Shown here in pieces: positions 42,612 through 51,508 of a stretch of DNA of 64,000 bases. Position 1 is the first letter of the stretch, and every line of letters begins with the position of its first letter. The stretch comes from an uncultured Clostridia bacterium (GTDB taxonomy: Bacteria > Bacillota > Clostridia > Oscillospirales > CAG-272), in NCBI GenBank assembly GCA_947588825.1, contig CANPZU010000002.1, forward strand, positions 12,750-76,749, written 5' to 3'. The position numbers were made by a program, and so were the translations under genes. The notes below the pieces were generated by a model. That model saw only the letters and a list, made by a program, of their open reading frames with translations. It did not search any database and had not been told where the DNA came from.

Positions 42612-43043
42612 TGGATACAGATTTGACATAGAGTCTTATCCGAGTGATTATCGGGACCGCTCTTAGCTCTTAACTTAAAAAAGACGCTGAGAGCCACGGT
42701 AATAAAACAGCCGGGTCCCTTTTCTGCCAATCGGCGGTCTTTCCGCCTTTATTGATTGAGTTAAAAGCTCGATTTTATAAGCTGCGGTTATCATTGTCAT
42801 TATTAATTATCATTTAATTTATATGATAACCCGAATGTGCGCTATGCGCAGACTTGTGAAGTGGTCAATAAAGAGTAGTAAAAGTATCATTGCTATATAG
42901 ACTCTATGCACCGATCATCCGTTCATTACCGCCTACAATAAAAACCGTGTTATATAAGCGGTTCGCGGCTTTTTGCCGCCGCCGTAGGCGTATCATAAAT
43001 CGGACGTTTTTCACAGGCTGCAAACGCAGTCTGTTTTTTGTTT
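42612..43043 (+). promoter_or_regulatory. Long structured 5' leader (candidate cis-regulatory RNA of unknown class) ending in an intrinsic terminator
   Basis: No ORF >=60 aa in the supplied track across this interval. Long-range pairings are 42627-42636/42899-42908, 42747-42755/42865-42873 and 42786-42793/42824-42831, plus local hairpins. The terminator CAGGCTGC-aaac-GCAGTCTG+TTTTTT is at 43014-43043. Confidence 0.4.
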
Positions 43044-43130
43044 ACCAAGGGCTGCAATTATGATTTTGCAGTATTTTATGTAAAAAATTTATGCATTTTC
43101 CGCCGCTCACGGCAGAAACGGAGAAATACA

Positions 43131-44597
43131 ATGGCAATGAGTGAAGAATCTCTCGCTTTAGACCAAAACAGGGCGCCGATATACGAGGCGCTTCAAACCT
43201 TCAGGCAGATGAGGGTGGTTCCCTTTGACGTTCCCGGGCATAAGCACGGCAGGGGCAACCCGGAGCTTACCGCCTTTCTCGGTTCGCAGTGCGTCAGCAT
43301 CGACGTAAACAGCATGAAGCCGCTTGACAACCTGTGCCACCCGGTTTCGGTGATACGGGAGGCGGAGCTTCTCGCATCCGACGCCTTCGGCGCCGCCTAC
43401 GCCTTTTTAATGGTGGGCGGAACGACAAGCTGCGTTCAGAGCATGGTGCTTTCCACCTGCAAGCGCGGAGATAAGATAATACTTCCCCGCAACGTGCACA
43501 AAAGTGTGATAAACGCTTTGGTGCTCTGCGGCGCGATACCTGTATACGTCAACCCCGAGGTCGACCGACGGCTCGGTATATCGCTTGGAATGAAGCGTGA
43601 ACACGTGGCAAAGGCGATAGAGGAAAATCCCGACGCCGTCGCGGTGCTGGTAAACAACCCGACCTATTACGGAGTTTGCAGCGATATCAAGGAGATAGTC
43701 AAAATGGCGCACGACGCGGGAATGTACTGTCTTGCCGACGAGGCGCACGGCACGCACTTTTATTTTGGGGCGGGGCTGCCGGTTTCGGCAATGGAAGCGG
43801 GAGCGGATATGGCCTCGGTGTCTATGCATAAGAGCGGGGGAAGTCTCACACAGTCGAGCTTTCTGCTGATAGGTCCCAAAATGAACAAAGGTTATGTGCG
43901 CCAGATAATAAATTTGACTCAAACAACCTCCGGCAGCTATCTGCTGATGTCAAGCCTTGATATAAGCCGAAGAAATCTCGCGCTGCGCGGCAAGGAAATT
44001 TTTTCAAAGGTCGTGAGAATGGCGGACTACGCAAGGGAGGAGATAAACGCCATCGGAGGTTACTATGCCTTCGGGCGCGACATTGTAAACGGCGATTCGG
44101 TCTTTGACTTTGACCTTACGAAGCTGAGCGTGCACACAAGAGATATCGGCCTTGCGGGTATCGAGGTCTACGACCTGCTCAGAGACGAGTACGACATACA
44201 AATAGAGTTCGGCGACATCGGCAACATCCTTGCCTATCTGTCTATAGGGGACAGACCGCAGGAGCTCGAACGGCTGGTCAGCGCCCTCGCCGAGATACGG
44301 CGCAGATATCAAAAGGACAGCAGCGGCCTCATGAGCCAGGAGTATATTGAACCGCAGGTGGTGACAAGTCCGCAGGAGGCGTTTTATTCAAAAAAGAAAA
44401 GCCTGCCGCTTGACTTATGCGTCGGGCAGGTGTGCAGCGAGTTTGTCATGTGCTATCCTCCCGGAATACCGATTCTCGCGCCGGGAGAGCGCGTCACAAA
44501 GGAGATACTTGAGTACATAAAATACGCTAAAGCGAAGGGGTGCTCCATGACCGGCCCCGAGGACCCCGATATAAACAGCATAAACGTTTTGGCCTGA
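43131..44597 (+). CDS. speA: Orn/Lys/Arg decarboxylase-family PLP enzyme (probable arginine decarboxylase)
   Basis: Start at ATG 43131 after GGAGAAA. ..DVPGHKHG.. and ..SMHKSGGSLTQSS.. (PLP lysine). The substrate is inferred from the agmatinase neighbour. Confidence 0.75.
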   Translation: MAMSEESLALDQNRAPIYEALQTFRQMRVVPFDVPGHKHGRGNPELTAFLGSQCVSIDVNSMKPLDNLCHPVSVIREAELLASDAFGAAYAFLMVGGTTSCVQSMVLSTCKRGDKIILPRNVHKSVINALVLCGAIPVYVNPEVDRRLGISLGMKREHVAKAIEENPDAVAVLVNNPTYYGVCSDIKEIVKMAHDAGMYCLADEAHGTHFYFGAGLPVSAMEAGADMASVSMHKSGGSLTQSSFLLIGPKMNKGYVRQIINLTQTTSGSYLLMSSLDISRRNLALRGKEIFSKVVRMADYAREEINAIGGYYAFGRDIVNGDSVFDFDLTKLSVHTRDIGLAGIEVYDLLRDEYDIQIEFGDIGNILAYLSIGDRPQELERLVSALAEIRRRYQKDSSGLMSQEYIEPQVVTSPQEAFYSKKKSLPLDLCVGQVCSEFVMCYPPGIPILAPGERVTKEILEYIKYAKAKGCSMTGPEDPDINSINVLA

Positions 44598-44638
44598 GTC
44601 TTGATTTATTTTAATAAAGCTTTCGGGAGGAGATTAAA

Positions 44639-45529
44639 ATGAACGAAATGTACGAGGCGCCCACGCCGTCCGAAATGGAGCTGTGGTTCGGCGAATTTCA
44701 CACCCCGGACGTCAAGCACAGCATAAGAGTGAACCGACATTTGTATTCGCAAAGGAGCGACTACCAGCAAATCGACATATTCGACACCCCGGAATTCGGC
44801 AGAGTGCTTACCTTGGACGGCAGCGTGATGCTGACCGAACGGGACGAGTTTATATACGACGAGATGATGACCCATGTTCCTATGTCGGTGCATCCGTGCA
44901 TAAAGGATATCCTCGTAATCGGCGCGGGAGACGGAGGGGTCGTAAAAGAGCTGGCGCGGTATGACTGCGTGCGGCGGATAGACCTTGTCGAAATGGACCC
45001 TCAGGTGGTGGAGGCGTGCAGAATGTACCTGCCCGAGAATGCGTCCCGACTCGACGACAGCAGGGTGCATATATACTTTGATAACGCCCTTCGTTTCATA
45101 AGGAGGTGCAGCGAACGGTACGACCTCATCATCGTCGACTCCACCGACCCCTTCGGACCCTCCGAGGGCTACTTCACAAAGGAATTTTACGGTATATGCT
45201 ATAATGCTCTTCGCGAGGACGGGATAATGGTAAACCAGCAGGGCAGCCCGTTTTACAGGCACGACGCGGAGGCGATGCAGCGCAGCCACAAACGAATAGC
45301 AAGCACCTTTCCGATAAGCAGAGTGTATCAGGCGCATATACCGACCTACGCCGCGGGCTACTGGCTGTTCGGCTTTGCCAGCAAAAAGTATCACCCGATA
45401 GACGACCTTGACGCAAAAAGATGGCTTTCTCTGAATATCGGGACGAGATACTACACGACAAAGCTGCATATCGGAGCGTTCTATCTGCCCGCGTTTCTTG
45501 AAAAAATGCTTATGGAGGTAGAAAAATAA
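44639..45529 (+). CDS. speE: Polyamine aminopropyltransferase (spermidine synthase family)
   Basis: ..YQQIDIFDT.EFGRVLTLDG..M.TERDEFIYDEMM.H.. and ..VLVIGAGDGG... Confidence 0.88.
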   Translation: MNEMYEAPTPSEMELWFGEFHTPDVKHSIRVNRHLYSQRSDYQQIDIFDTPEFGRVLTLDGSVMLTERDEFIYDEMMTHVPMSVHPCIKDILVIGAGDGGVVKELARYDCVRRIDLVEMDPQVVEACRMYLPENASRLDDSRVHIYFDNALRFIRRCSERYDLIIVDSTDPFGPSEGYFTKEFYGICYNALREDGIMVNQQGSPFYRHDAEAMQRSHKRIASTFPISRVYQAHIPTYAAGYWLFGFASKKYHPIDDLDAKRWLSLNIGTRYYTTKLHIGAFYLPAFLEKMLMEVEK

Positions 45530-45532
45530 ACC

Positions 45533-46411
45533 ATGCTCAAACCAAATATAGAGACCTTTATCGCTTGCGGATCCGAGTACGAAAACGCAGACATCGTGCT
45601 GTTTGGCGCGCCCTTTGACTCAACGGCAAGCTACCGCCCGGGCGCGCGTTTCGGTCCGAGCGCCATAAGGCACGAAAGCTTCGGGATTGAAAGCTACAGC
45701 CCGTATCAGAATATGGACCTTTGCGAATGCTCTGTCTTTGACAGCGGAGACCTTGAGCTCTCCATCGGCAGAGCCGAGCTTGCGCTTGGGCAGATAGAGT
45801 CCCGCACAGGGACGATCCTTCAAGAGCGTAAGCTTCCGCTTATGATCGGAGGAGAGCATCTTGTCACGCTCGGTGCAATAAGGAGCGCGATCGGCTTTTT
45901 CCCCAATCTACATATAATCCATTTTGACGCCCACGCCGACCTCAGGCAGGAATACTTAGGAGCAAGCCTCAGTCACGCCTGCGTGATGCGCCGCTGCCAC
46001 GAGCTTGTGGGGGATTCGAGGATACACCAGTTTTGCATACGCAGCGGCGACAAAAGCGAATTCGAGTTTGCAAGAGAGCACACCGACCTTCATCTTTTTA
46101 ATTTCGACGGGCTTTCTCACCTTGTAAACGAGCTTAAAAAGAAGAAAACTCCGATATACCTTACAATAGACCTTGACTGTCTTGATCCCTCCGCCCTTCC
46201 GGGAACCGGCACGCCGGAGGCAGGGGGCGTAACCTTTATTGAACTGCTTTCTGCGACGCTTGAACTCGGCGGTACAAATATAGTGGGCGCGGATATAAAC
46301 GAGCTTGCTCCCTCGCTCGATCAAAGCGGCGCCTCCACGGCGCTTTCCTGCAAGCTCCTTCGCGAGCTCATCCTCGTTCTTTCAAAAAACATAATTAAAA
46401 AAACAAAGTAA
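45533..46411 (+). CDS. speB: Agmatinase / ureohydrolase family
   Basis: ..GGEH..T.., ..IHFDAHADLR.., ..LTIDLDCLDPS..PGTGTPE.GG.. (Mn-binding arginase-fold motifs). Confidence 0.88.
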   Translation: MLKPNIETFIACGSEYENADIVLFGAPFDSTASYRPGARFGPSAIRHESFGIESYSPYQNMDLCECSVFDSGDLELSIGRAELALGQIESRTGTILQERKLPLMIGGEHLVTLGAIRSAIGFFPNLHIIHFDAHADLRQEYLGASLSHACVMRRCHELVGDSRIHQFCIRSGDKSEFEFAREHTDLHLFNFDGLSHLVNELKKKKTPIYLTIDLDCLDPSALPGTGTPEAGGVTFIELLSATLELGGTNIVGADINELAPSLDQSGASTALSCKLLRELILVLSKNIIKKTK

Positions 46412-46439
46412 ATCAGTATTAAAAATCAAGGAGATAAAA

Positions 46440-47702
46440 ATGAGCAGAGTTTTGGTTATCGGCTGCGGCGGAGTCGCCTCCGTCGCCATAAAAAAGTGCT
46501 GTCAGGTAAGCGATGTCTTTTCCGAACTGTGCATAGCAAGCAGAACAATATCAAAGTGCGAGGCGCTTGCATCCGAGCTTCAAAGCCGCACAAGCACAAA
46601 AATAACTACGCGTCAGGTGGACGCCGACGACCTTGGTCAGCTTATAAGCCTTATAAATAGTTATAAGCCCGATCTTGTTATGAACATTGCCCTTCCCTAT
46701 CAGGATCTCACAATCATGGAAGCCTGTCTTGCCTGCGGCGTAAACTATATGGATACGGCAAACTACGAGCCCGAGGACACAAACAACCCCGAATGGCGAA
46801 AAATATATGAAAAAAGGTGCAAAGAAAAGGGCTTTTCGGCATACTTTGACTACAGCTGGCAGTGGGCGTACGAGGAGAAATTCAAAAAGGCGGGACTTAT
46901 CGCGCTGCTCGGCTGCGGTTTTGACCCCGGCGTCACCCAGGCATACTGCGCTTACGCAAAAAAGCACGAGTTTGACCTTATTGACACAATCGATATTCTC
47001 GACTGCAACGGAGGAGAGCACGGTTATCCGTTTGCCACCAATTTCAACCCCGAAATAAACCTCAGAGAAGTAAGCGCGCCCGGCAGCTATGTGGAAAACG
47101 GCAGGTGGGTCGAGGTCCCCGCGATGAGTATTAAAAGCCGTTACGATTTTGACGGGGTGGGCATAAAGGACATATACCTGCTCCATCACGAAGAGCTTGA
47201 GTCGCTTGCGAAAAACATACCCGAGGCACGGCGTATCCGCTTTTTCATGACATTCGGCGAAAGCTATCTCACTCATATGCGCTGCCTTGAAAACGTCGGA
47301 ATGCTCTCAACCACCCCCGTTCGCTTTGAAGGACGGGACATCGTTCCGATTCAATTTTTAAAGGCGCTCCTGCCCGATCCGGCAAGCCTTGGCCCTCGCA
47401 CGTACGGCAAAACCAATATCGGCTGTATTTTCACGGGCGAAAAGGACGGCAAAGGTAAAACTTATTATATTTACAACGTATGCGACCACCAGCAGTGCTA
47501 TAGGGAAACCGGGAGCCAGGCGATAAGCTACACGACGGGCGTTCCGGCAATGTGCGGCGCGCTTATGCTTCTTACCGGCAAATGGAACACGCCGGGCGTG
47601 CATACCGTCGAAGAATTTGATCCCGACCCCTTCCTCGTCGCGCTCGATAAATACGGTCTGCCTTACAAGGAAAACCGTTCTCCCGCCATTGTTTGCTTAT
47701 GA
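46440..47702 (+). CDS. Saccharopine-dehydrogenase-family enzyme (carboxynorspermidine/carboxyspermidine dehydrogenase type)
   Basis: 420 aa with ..VLVIGCGGVASV.. (Rossmann). The size and the nspC neighbour match CANSDH. Confidence 0.75.
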   Translation: MSRVLVIGCGGVASVAIKKCCQVSDVFSELCIASRTISKCEALASELQSRTSTKITTRQVDADDLGQLISLINSYKPDLVMNIALPYQDLTIMEACLACGVNYMDTANYEPEDTNNPEWRKIYEKRCKEKGFSAYFDYSWQWAYEEKFKKAGLIALLGCGFDPGVTQAYCAYAKKHEFDLIDTIDILDCNGGEHGYPFATNFNPEINLREVSAPGSYVENGRWVEVPAMSIKSRYDFDGVGIKDIYLLHHEELESLAKNIPEARRIRFFMTFGESYLTHMRCLENVGMLSTTPVRFEGRDIVPIQFLKALLPDPASLGPRTYGKTNIGCIFTGEKDGKGKTYYIYNVCDHQQCYRETGSQAISYTTGVPAMCGALMLLTGKWNTPGVHTVEEFDPDPFLVALDKYGLPYKENRSPAIVCL

Positions 47703-48922
47703 GCACTTTAACCTTAAAAGATGCAAGAGCGCCCTTTGCGCTGCTGTCTGAACAAAATGCGGCTCTCTTCTCAGAGCTTGCCACCCCCTGCTACGTCATA
47801 GACGAGCGCGCCCTTATCCGCAACTGCGATATTCTCGCCTCTCTTGCCAAAAACACGGGAGCAAAGATCCTGCTCGCTCAAAAGGCGTTCTCAAATTACG
47901 ACTTTTACCCCCTCCTCTCAAACTATCTTGCGGGCACCGAGGCAAGCGGTCTTTATGAAGCAAGGCTCGGCGCCGAACAGATGAAGGGCAAAGAGACGCA
48001 CGTCTTTTGCGCCGCATACGGCGAAAAAGAATTTGATGAAATACTTAAATACGCCGACCACATAGTCTTCAACTCGCCCGCAGAGCTGAAAAGGTTCGGT
48101 CCGGCCGCAAAAAGCGCAAAAAAAAGCGTGGGGCTCCGCATAAATCCCGAGTGCTCGACCCAAAAAAGCGCTCACGCGATTTATGACCCCTGCGCCGTCG
48201 GAAGCCGCCTCGGCGTTACGCTGAAAAATTGGCGTGAGCAAATGAGCGAATCGGAAGTACGTTTGCTCGACGGGCTCCATTTTCATACCCTTTGCGAACA
48301 GGATTCAATAGACCTTGAGATCACTCTTCGCGCCGTTGAGGAAAAATTCGGCTTCGTACTTTCGGACATGAAATGGCTCAATATGGGCGGCGGACACCAT
48401 ATTACCCGCCCGGGATATGACATAAAAAGACTTGAAAATTGCATTACCCGCGTAAAGGAGCGCTATAATGCAGAAGTCTACCTCGAACCCGGCGAGGCGG
48501 TCGCGCTTAACGCCGGATATCTGCTCTCCCGCGTGCGCGATATCGTAAAGAACGGCGGGTACGACACAGCCATCCTTGACACAAGCGCGGCATGCCATAT
48601 GCCCGACGTACTCGAGATGCCCTACACTCCCCCGCTTTACGGAGCGTGTGAGGAAAAGCCCGCCTTTGTATACCGCCTCGCCGGCCCGACCTGCCTTGCC
48701 GGCGACGTTATCGGAACCTACGGCTTTGATCGCGAGCTGCGTCGGGACAGCCTGCTCATATTCGGAGATATGGCAATATACACCACATGTAAAAACAATA
48801 CCTTTAACGGAATGCCCCTGCCCGATATCTGGCGCCTCGGCGAAAACGGCGCGCTCTTTCGACTCACGTCCTTTTCTTACGAGGACTTTAAGTCAAGACT
48901 CGGACGCCGTGACACAATTTGA
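47699..48922 (+). CDS. nspC: Carboxynorspermidine/carboxyspermidine decarboxylase
   Basis: ATGA overlap with the upstream gene. ..TPCYVIDE..L..N.., ..AQKAFS.. and ..LNMGGG.. fit an alanine-racemase-fold decarboxylase. Confidence 0.8.
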   Translation: MSTLTLKDARAPFALLSEQNAALFSELATPCYVIDERALIRNCDILASLAKNTGAKILLAQKAFSNYDFYPLLSNYLAGTEASGLYEARLGAEQMKGKETHVFCAAYGEKEFDEILKYADHIVFNSPAELKRFGPAAKSAKKSVGLRINPECSTQKSAHAIYDPCAVGSRLGVTLKNWREQMSESEVRLLDGLHFHTLCEQDSIDLEITLRAVEEKFGFVLSDMKWLNMGGGHHITRPGYDIKRLENCITRVKERYNAEVYLEPGEAVALNAGYLLSRVRDIVKNGGYDTAILDTSAACHMPDVLEMPYTPPLYGACEEKPAFVYRLAGPTCLAGDVIGTYGFDRELRRDSLLIFGDMAIYTTCKNNTFNGMPLPDIWRLGENGALFRLTSFSYEDFKSRLGRRDTI

Positions 48923-48924
48923 AA

Positions 48925-48958
48925 GGACGGCCGCGCAAACGCGGCCGTCCCGATTTTT
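48925..48958 (+). terminator. Intrinsic terminator after nspC
   Basis: GGACGGCCGCG-caaa-CGCGGCCGTCC followed by CGATTTTT. Confidence 0.8.
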
Positions 48959-49057
48959 GACACAATATACAATATAATATAAAGAAAAATCCGCCAAACA
49001 GGATATTCACCGGCGTTTGTACAAAGAAAAGCCGCCCTTTGCAAGCTGCAAAACGCT

Positions 49058-49900
49058 TCACATTTCAGACAAAATATAATCAATATACTCTCCGGCGACG
49101 TTTATGTCGGTATTTGCGTAGACCATGCGCGAACCCACGACGTCTTCCACTTCGTTAAATACGGCGCGCTCAAAATCATAGACAAAATCGACGCCGACAA
49201 AATCGGGCTCAAGCGCGTCGCAGAGCTTTTGCACGGCGATATGCTCCTCGGCGGAGAGGGTATGGGGTACGGCGCGACCTCCAAGACAAAAATTACTGCG
49301 AAAATCAGTATCCGAGACGCGGGTAAACGAGCACAGGATTCTTTTGCCCATGACGTATACACGGGTATCTCTGCCGACCCTTGAGGCGCATTTTTGGATA
49401 AGCATGTCTCTTCCCGCAAAATGCGGAAGTAATTTTTCGTATTCGGACGGGTCCCTTGCGAGAAAAACCTTTTCGCCTCCCTTGCCGTCGATAGGCTTAA
49501 GCACGCAGGGAAAGAAGGGCGACATGGGAAAAGGCGAGTTTTTTTTGACGAAAATGGTATCCATAACCGGGAGATTCAGGCTCAGGGCGAGCTGATAGGT
49601 CAGCATTTTATCGCCGCACACACGAGAGACTCTTGAGCTGTTGAAAACTCTCATACCCATAAGCTCAAGGTGATGCGAGAGAATGTAATTTTGCGCGCGC
49701 ACGACGGCAAAGTCGGCCGCGCCGAGCACTCTGCCGTTACAAAGCAAGACGAAAGCGCCTCCTGACAGAGCGGGGGTCAATTCTTCCTCAATCAAAAGAG
49801 TCATAATTACACTGCGCTTATTTGCTTGAGATATAAGTTCATTTATAAACCAGGCGTTTCTTTGCGCCTCTTTTTTGCTGTATATCAGATACGCGGTCAT
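49058..49900 (-). CDS. RimK-family ATP-grasp ligase (paralog 1)
   Basis: 280 aa with ..RVFNSSR...GDK.., ..VLKPIDGKGG..V.., ..DFRSNFCLGG.. and ..DFVGVDFV.. (RimK-like). Confidence 0.7.
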   Translation of the reverse strand: MTAYLIYSKKEAQRNAWFINELISQANKRSVIMTLLIEEELTPALSGGAFVLLCNGRVLGAADFAVVRAQNYILSHHLELMGMRVFNSSRVSRVCGDKMLTYQLALSLNLPVMDTIFVKKNSPFPMSPFFPCVLKPIDGKGGEKVFLARDPSEYEKLLPHFAGRDMLIQKCASRVGRDTRVYVMGKRILCSFTRVSDTDFRSNFCLGGRAVPHTLSAEEHIAVQKLCDALEPDFVGVDFVYDFERAVFNEVEDVVGSRMVYANTDINVAGEYIDYILSEM

Positions 49901-49942
49901 TTTAGTCCTCGGCGGGCGTCCTTCTGTCCTTTTTCTTTCGGT

Positions 49943-50866
49943 TTATTTATTATTTATATTTACGTTATTTGCGATATGCTCGATAATGCAATCGGCAACA
50001 TTGACTCCGGTGCAGGAGAAAATATTTACAAAATGAGCGTTTGAATTCACCTCGCAGAGAAAGACTCTGCCCTGTGTGTCGACGAGCAGGTCGACTCCCG
50101 CGAAATCGAGTCCGATCTTCCGGCATGCTTTAAGCGCCGTCTCTTTTTCTTCGTTTGACGGAGAATACAAAGACATAATCCCCCCGTTTGTGATATTCGC
50201 CCTGAAATCCCGGGGATTTTCCCTCGCCATGGCGGTCACAACCCGATCGCCGACGACATGAAGGCGCAAATCGCGTCCGCCGATACCGTGTTTTACGGTG
50301 GTGATGAACTCCTGAAAGATCAGCGGCTTTGGAGAAAGCTCCCGGATAAGCTTTGCAAGACTGTCGCGATCCTTTGCAAGATAGACCTGATAACCGAAGG
50401 AGCCAAAGCACTCTTTTACCACAATCGGGTAGGAGAGCTCTTTTTCAAGGGATGAAATAAAATTGTCGGGATAATCGGGGGGAAAGTCTTTCGGAGTATA
50501 AAACATCATCGGCGAAAAGGCGGTTTTGGGCATGGGTATGCCGCTTTGGCAGAGACTTAAATACATAAGCGACTTGTCGTCGCATATCTCAATTGCGCGC
50601 GAGCTGTTAAACACTCTTGCCCCGAGCGCCTCAAGGTAAGCGGCAAGGCGAACGTCCTTATCCCAAAAGAGCACAAAATCCGCCTCCTCGCGCGCTAAGG
50701 ACTCACGCGCGGCGGCGTACGGCAGGGAAAGCAGGTTTATCATCTGACAGTTTGTATAATGCGTCAGGGTGATACCGTGTCTTTGCGCGCTTTTCATAAA
50801 AAATAAAACCAAGTCGTCAAATTTTTTTCCCGAAAGGAAGTGGTTTGTAACAAGTATGCCCTTCAT
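49943..50866 (-). CDS. RimK-family ATP-grasp ligase (paralog 2)
   Basis: Start at ATG 50866 after GGAGGG. ..RVFNSSR...DDK.., ..DFRANITNGG.., ..DFAGVDLL... Confidence 0.7.
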   Translation of the reverse strand: MKGILVTNHFLSGKKFDDLVLFFMKSAQRHGITLTHYTNCQMINLLSLPYAAARESLAREEADFVLFWDKDVRLAAYLEALGARVFNSSRAIEICDDKSLMYLSLCQSGIPMPKTAFSPMMFYTPKDFPPDYPDNFISSLEKELSYPIVVKECFGSFGYQVYLAKDRDSLAKLIRELSPKPLIFQEFITTVKHGIGGRDLRLHVVGDRVVTAMARENPRDFRANITNGGIMSLYSPSNEEKETALKACRKIGLDFAGVDLLVDTQGRVFLCEVNSNAHFVNIFSCTGVNVADCIIEHIANNVNINNK

Positions 50867-51008
50867 ACGATTCTTTGCCCTCCGAAGGCGGTAAAATTGA
50901 TTTTTCTTCGTCCAAATAAGCATAAATAAGCATAGCACAACCGCTTGAGTTTTTCAAGCGCTTCCCTTTAAAATGCCCCGGAAAATGAAGAATTTCTTAA
51001 AAACGCCC

Positions 51009-51037
51009 TTGACAGGAGGGAAAAAGTATTGTATAAT
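51009..51037 (+). promoter_or_regulatory. zur-znu promoter (TTGACA-17-TATAAT)
   Basis: TTGACAggagggaaaaagtattgTATAAT. Confidence 0.6.
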
Positions 51038-51038
51038 A

Positions 51039-51059
51039 ATTTGCGAATTTTTCGCAAAT
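51039..51059. promoter_or_regulatory. Perfect 9-3-9 palindrome ATTTGCGAA-TTT-TTCGCAAAT, candidate Zur/Fur-family operator
   Basis: It starts 2 nt after the -10 hexamer, in front of a Fur-family gene and a zinc ABC transporter. Confidence 0.6.
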
Positions 51060-51088
51060 CGTTTTATCGGTTTTGAAAGGGCAAAAAT

Positions 51089-51499
51089 TTGGGAAGGTAC
51101 AACACAAATCAAAGAAAGGCGCTCGCGGATTTTTTCAAAGAGCACCGCGACACATATTTTTCGACCGACGAGATAGTGAACAGCCTGTGCAGCCGGGGCG
51201 ACATAAGCAAAAGCGCAATATACCGCAACATTGACAAGCTGGTGCGGGAGGGCTCTCTTCAAAAGAGCGCCGAGGAGGGCAGCCGCAAATTCTTGTACAG
51301 ATATGTAAACGACGATCGGTGCGGTTCTCATCTTCATCTTAAATGCCTGCTTTGCGGAAGTGTTTATCACATGGACGACCGCCAGACGCAGATAGTGCTG
51401 AGCGCGGCAAAGGGCAGCTCCTTTGTTATCGACGAGAAGAGAACGGTGCTTTACGGCATGTGCGAAAGATGCCGCCCCGAAACGGGCGAAAAAGGGTAA
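51089..51499 (+). CDS. zur: Fur-family metalloregulator (Zur-like)
   Basis: TTG start. ..NTNQRKALADFF.., ..HLHLKCLLCGSV.. and ..GMCERC.. (two CxxC pairs). First gene of a zinc-uptake operon. Confidence 0.8.
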   Translation: MGRYNTNQRKALADFFKEHRDTYFSTDEIVNSLCSRGDISKSAIYRNIDKLVREGSLQKSAEEGSRKFLYRYVNDDRCGSHLHLKCLLCGSVYHMDDRQTQIVLSAAKGSSFVIDEKRTVLYGMCERCRPETGEKG

Positions 51500-51508
51500 A
51501 ATCGGATC

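Noticed and set aside
43060-43144. Mini-ORFs in the polyamine leader: MILQYFM (43060-43083) and MHFPPLTAETEKYNGNE (43091-43144, overlapping the speA-like start).
   Set aside because: The first has only a weak AAGGG upstream and the second has no RBS. Such short ORFs are expected by chance. A leader-peptide mechanism cannot be supported without conservation data.
44606-45469. 287-aa ORF antisense to speE.
   Set aside because: The opposite strand encodes a clear spermidine-synthase homologue. The antisense translation is low complexity (V/R/H-rich) with no recognisable motifs.
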